Shown here piece by piece: positions 52,451-55,739 of a stretch of 55,739 bases of DNA. The position numbers were made by a program, and so were the translations under genes. The DNA comes from an uncultured delta proteobacterium (lineage in GTDB: Bacteria > Desulfobacterota > DSM-4660 > Desulfatiglandales > HGW-15): positions 1 through 55,739 of the forward strand of contig CAVZMS010000055.1 of the NCBI GenBank assembly GCA_963776085.1, written 5' to 3'. Within the stretch, counting starts at the first letter, position 1. The number at the start of each line of letters is the position of its first letter. The notes below the pieces were generated by a model. That model saw only the letters and a list, made by a program, of their open reading frames with translations, had not been told where the DNA came from and ran no database searches.

Positions 52451-54745
52451 GCGAATATTCAATAATAGGCAAACCGACAAAAAATGTGGATGGGCCGGCA
52501 AAGGTTTCCGGGGAGGCAGTATACACCTTTGACATGACTTTACCCAACATGCTTTATGGCAAACTTTTAAGAAGTCCATATCCACATGCCAGGATTATCA
52601 GCATTGACACCAGTGAGGCAGAGAAGCTGCCGGGGGTAAAAGCGGTTATCACGGGAAAGGATACCCCTGGAGGCAAATATGGTCTGTGGCGGCGCTTCCC
52701 TGAGCTTTGTGATCAGGAAGCTCTGGCTACGACCAAGGTTCGTTTTATAGGGGACCCGGTAGCGGCGGTGGCTGCCGTCAGCGAAGAGATTGCTGAGAAG
52801 GCCCTGGATTTAATCAATGTAGAGTATGAACTGCTACCGGCTGTATTCGAACCTATGGAAGCCATAAAAGACGATGCGCCCTTAGTTCACGATGATTGTG
52901 ATAACAATATAAATAACACACGCCATATTGAATGGGGCGATGTAGACGAGGGCTTTAAAAATTCTGATTATGTACGAGAGGACAGGTTTATCTATGGAAA
53001 CCAAGCCCCGGCTCCTACGGAGGTGCATAATTCTCTGGCGAGCTATGATAAGGGTACTGGCAGGTTAACAGTATGGTCTTCTACCCAATCTCCATATTAT
53101 CTTCAGCTGGGCTTAGCTGACGCCCTGAAGATGAGAGAAGGCGACATAAGGGTAATAAAGCCGCATGTTGGAGGCGGCTTCGGCGGGAAAAATTCGACCA
53201 TGCCCGACTCGGTCAATGCCGCCCTTCTTTCTATGAAAACAGGAAGGCCGGTAAAGATAGTTTTTACCAGGGAAGAGGAATTCACCTGCCACGGAGCGTC
53301 GCACAGCCATGCATATGGCGGTAAAGATTGGGCTTAAAAAAGACGGCACAATAATGGCTAGAGAAGTCAAGCTCATTACCGATGGAGGCGCTTATACCGC
53401 GTTGGGCGCTACCACTCTATATCTTACGGGCACCTACGCAAGCTTCCCTTATAAGATACCCAATTATAGATACGACGGGTTTAGGACTTATACCAACAAG
53501 ATGTGGGCTACATCAGTGCGGTCATTCGGAGCCACTGAGGCAGGATTTGCCTTCGAAACCCAATTGGATAGGGCGGCTCATGACCTGGGGATTGACCCAA
53601 TAGAAATCCGGCGCAAGAATGCCATGACATCCGGTTACGAGGCTCCCGGTCAATACAAGGTGGGAAGCTGCGGCCTTTTAGAATGCATTGATAAGGTGGA
53701 GAAAAGAATCAAGGAAAAGTGGACTGACCTTTCTAAAGATGAAGGGGTGGGAGTTGCTACCTTTACCTATCAGTGCGGCGGTATTTTCAACTGGATTGAC
53801 ACTCCTTATGCCTTCTCAGGGGCTATGGTAAAGGTAAATATTGACGGCACGGTTGACCTTTTTACCCAGGCATCAGACATCGGCCAAGGCACCAATACCG
53901 TATCCGTTATGATTTGCGCCGAGGAACTGGGCATAGGCATTGAGGACATCAGGTTACATCCTGCCGATACGCGCAACCACTCCTGTCGATCTCGGCGCCT
54001 GGGCCAGCCGAGAAACGATGATGAACGGCAATGCAATTAAAGCAGCAGCAGCTGAAGTAAAGAAGATACTCATAAGGGTTGCCCAGATGAAGTTAGGCGA
54101 GAATATCGTCTATGACTTAGAGGCTAAGAATAAACGGATATACCTTGCAATACGCCCGGAGAGAGGGTTCTCATATTATGAAATCGTGAAAGATGCTATA
54201 AAAGAAAACGATGGTCAACCACTCATAGGCATAGGCCACTATACCCCTCATAGGAAGGGCATGGTGACGCCTGCCTGGGCCTTCGGAAGTATGGCGATCT
54301 AGGGTAAAGGTTGACAGAGAAACAGGTCAGGTTGAAGTTAAGGATATCATTGTAGCACATGATTGCGGCCAGCCCATAAATCCCTTAGGGGTTCGGGGTC
54401 AGGTAGAGGGGTCTATTCATATTGGGGATGGGATGGGGCCTGTGTGAAGAGCAGCCCACTGATAATGGTTTGATACTTAACCCATCCTTTGCAGATTATA
54501 AGGTTATTAGGACCCGGGACATGCCACAGATTGAGCTGCATGAAGTTCTTACTTATGATCCTGAAGGGCCGTTTGGGGCTAAGGAGTCTGCTGAAGGCGC
54601 CGTCGCTCCTACCCCCCCTGCAATAGCAAACGCTATCTATCATGTGACGGGAGCGGAATTTAATAGTAATGTTTTAAAGCCGGAGAAGGTTTTGAAAGCT
54701 ATTCGCGAGAAAGAGGAAAAAGAAAAGAAACTCACAAAGAGATGA
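52447..54745 (+). CDS. Xanthine-dehydrogenase-family molybdopterin-binding (large) subunit, HcrA-like, several indels
   Basis: RSPYPHARI, VGGGFGGK, DGGAY, SVRSFG, IGQG, GAWASR, GQVEG, GPFGAKESAEG. Confidence 0.9.
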
Positions 54746-54768
54746 GATGAATAAAGAGGAGACCATAA

Positions 54769-54996
54769 ATGGCTATTAGTTACCGTTGTCCATGTTGTCG
54801 CAAAATTAGTCCTGAACCTCATGATTTGGCCCGGCATTATTTGGGCCAAACTGATAAAAAACATAAGGATTGGCTAAAAACAAAAGGGCATTCCTATGCA
54901 CAGCTTGTCACCTGGCAAGTAACTGAATTCGGGAATAAGGGCTATGATGCTTTAGCTGAAGTGCTTGAGAAAGAGGCGCCCAAAGTTGAAGCCTAG
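54769..54996 (+). CDS. Small C2H2-like Zn-finger hypothetical protein
   Basis: GAGGAG RBS; YRCPCC..LARH..DKKH. Confidence 0.65.
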   Translation: MAISYRCPCCRKISPEPHDLARHYLGQTDKKHKDWLKTKGHSYAQLVTWQVTEFGNKGYDALAEVLEKEAPKVEA

Positions 54997-55051
54997 ACAT
55001 ATATACATGAGTCAATCTTAAGTGAGATTGTCCTAACTAGAAGTAGAAAGG

Positions 55052-55739
55052 TTAATATTCCCTTTCAATAAGTAAATCTGCCGTTCCCAGCAAGATGTCT
55101 TTAATGTCTTCTCGTATGGGCGTATCGAGCAAAGCTTTCTTCCCCTCTTCACTCAAAGAGATTTCTTTCATTCTGGAATACTCAAGGGCACCGGTCTCCT
55201 CAATAATACTCTTAACTTCCTCTATATCTGCTTTGGTAATATCAGGGTTACCGATAAAGTATTCTAACCTTTCCTTTTGAGAAGGCGATGCATTTTCAAA
55301 GGCTTTAACCGTTAATAATGTCTGCTTGCCTTCCTTTGTATCTGAAGCAATAGATTTACCCACCTGTTCCTCCGTTCCAAAAATCCCCAATATATCATCG
55401 TGGATTTGGAAAGCCATGCCCACGGGAATAGCATATCTTGATAATGAATCCAAAACACTCAGGGTTGTTCCCTTTAAAATTGCTCCTACACAAAGCGGAC
55501 CTTCCACAGAATATTTAGCGGTTTTCAAATAGTGTATTCGTAATACATCTTCCTCCGTCGCCTTTCTGCTGGTTGCTTTAACAATATCCAGCAACTGTCC
55601 AACAGCGGTAAACTTTATTATATCATACATCATTTCCAGAACCTGTAAGATTTTATCCGCTTGAAATCCACTCTCAACTAAGGCTTCATAGGCTAATGCG
55701 CAACAAATATTACCGGTTATGATTGCCATAGCGGAGGGA
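55052..55739 (-). CDS. Polyprenyl diphosphate synthase (trans-IPPS), 5' part outside the window
   Basis: GQLLD, KTAKYS, AFQIHDDILG, SDTKEGKQT. Confidence 0.9.
   Translation of the reverse strand, partial: PSAMAIITGNICCALAYEALVESGFQADKILQVLEMMYDIIKFTAVGQLLDIVKATSRKATEEDVLRIHYLKTAKYSVEGPLCVGAILKGTTLSVLDSLSRYAIPVGMAFQIHDDILGIFGTEEQVGKSIASDTKEGKQTLLTVKAFENASPSQKERLEYFIGNPDITKADIEEVKSIIEETGALEYSRMKEISLSEEGKKALLDTPIREDIKDILLGTADLLIEREY

Noticed and set aside
50503..54745. Aerobic CO dehydrogenase (coxMSL)
   Set aside because: Lacks the AYxCSFR loop; no coxDEF genes nearby.
2869..54745. Programmed frameshifting, selenocysteine recoding or an alternative genetic code
   Set aside because: Breaks are frame changes at scattered sites, not in-frame stops; many long genes are intact under the standard code.

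Overview
Bacterial chromosomal window, most consistent with a Desulfobacterota (deltaproteobacterial) anaerobe; this is inferred from gene content and order (rpmB, rel, proS, ispG; MglA; MshEN-PilB; CCG-domain Fe-S protein). Single-base indels split many genes, including housekeeping ones, so this is probably an under-polished long-read or metagenome contig. Frameshifted genes are reported as reconstructed single CDSs. Left half (1-32.7 kb): a PilB/GspE-type ATPase fused tail-to-tail to a diverged inverted copy of itself, a CHASE2 Ser/Thr kinase, folD, membrane pyrophosphatase, mpl, rpmB, rel, proS, ispG, an aminotransferase, mtaB, a degenerate KptA-like gene, an FHA-GAF/PilZ/MglA/DUF4388-cNMP signalling cluster, a lone AddB-like nuclease, two peptidoglycan hydrolases, two candidate sRNAs and tRNA-Thr(CGT). 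Right half is accessory. It holds a five-gene envelope operon that I cannot assign to a named system (exported vWA protein, exported unknown protein, FtsX/MacB-like permease, atypical ABC ATPase, Fn3 protein with a KEEARL repeat stalk); this is my best candidate for an undescribed system. It is followed by a probable aromatic/heteroaromatic catabolic region (TrpB2, COG4313-type outer-membrane channel, TetR, FAD/Fe-S/FAD oxidoreductase trio, CoxG/M/S/L-type molybdoenzyme) and a partial prenyltransferase. Intergenic DNA carries several families of palindromic MITE/REP-like and 7/8-mer repeats. No CRISPR array, integrase, transposase or rRNA was seen.
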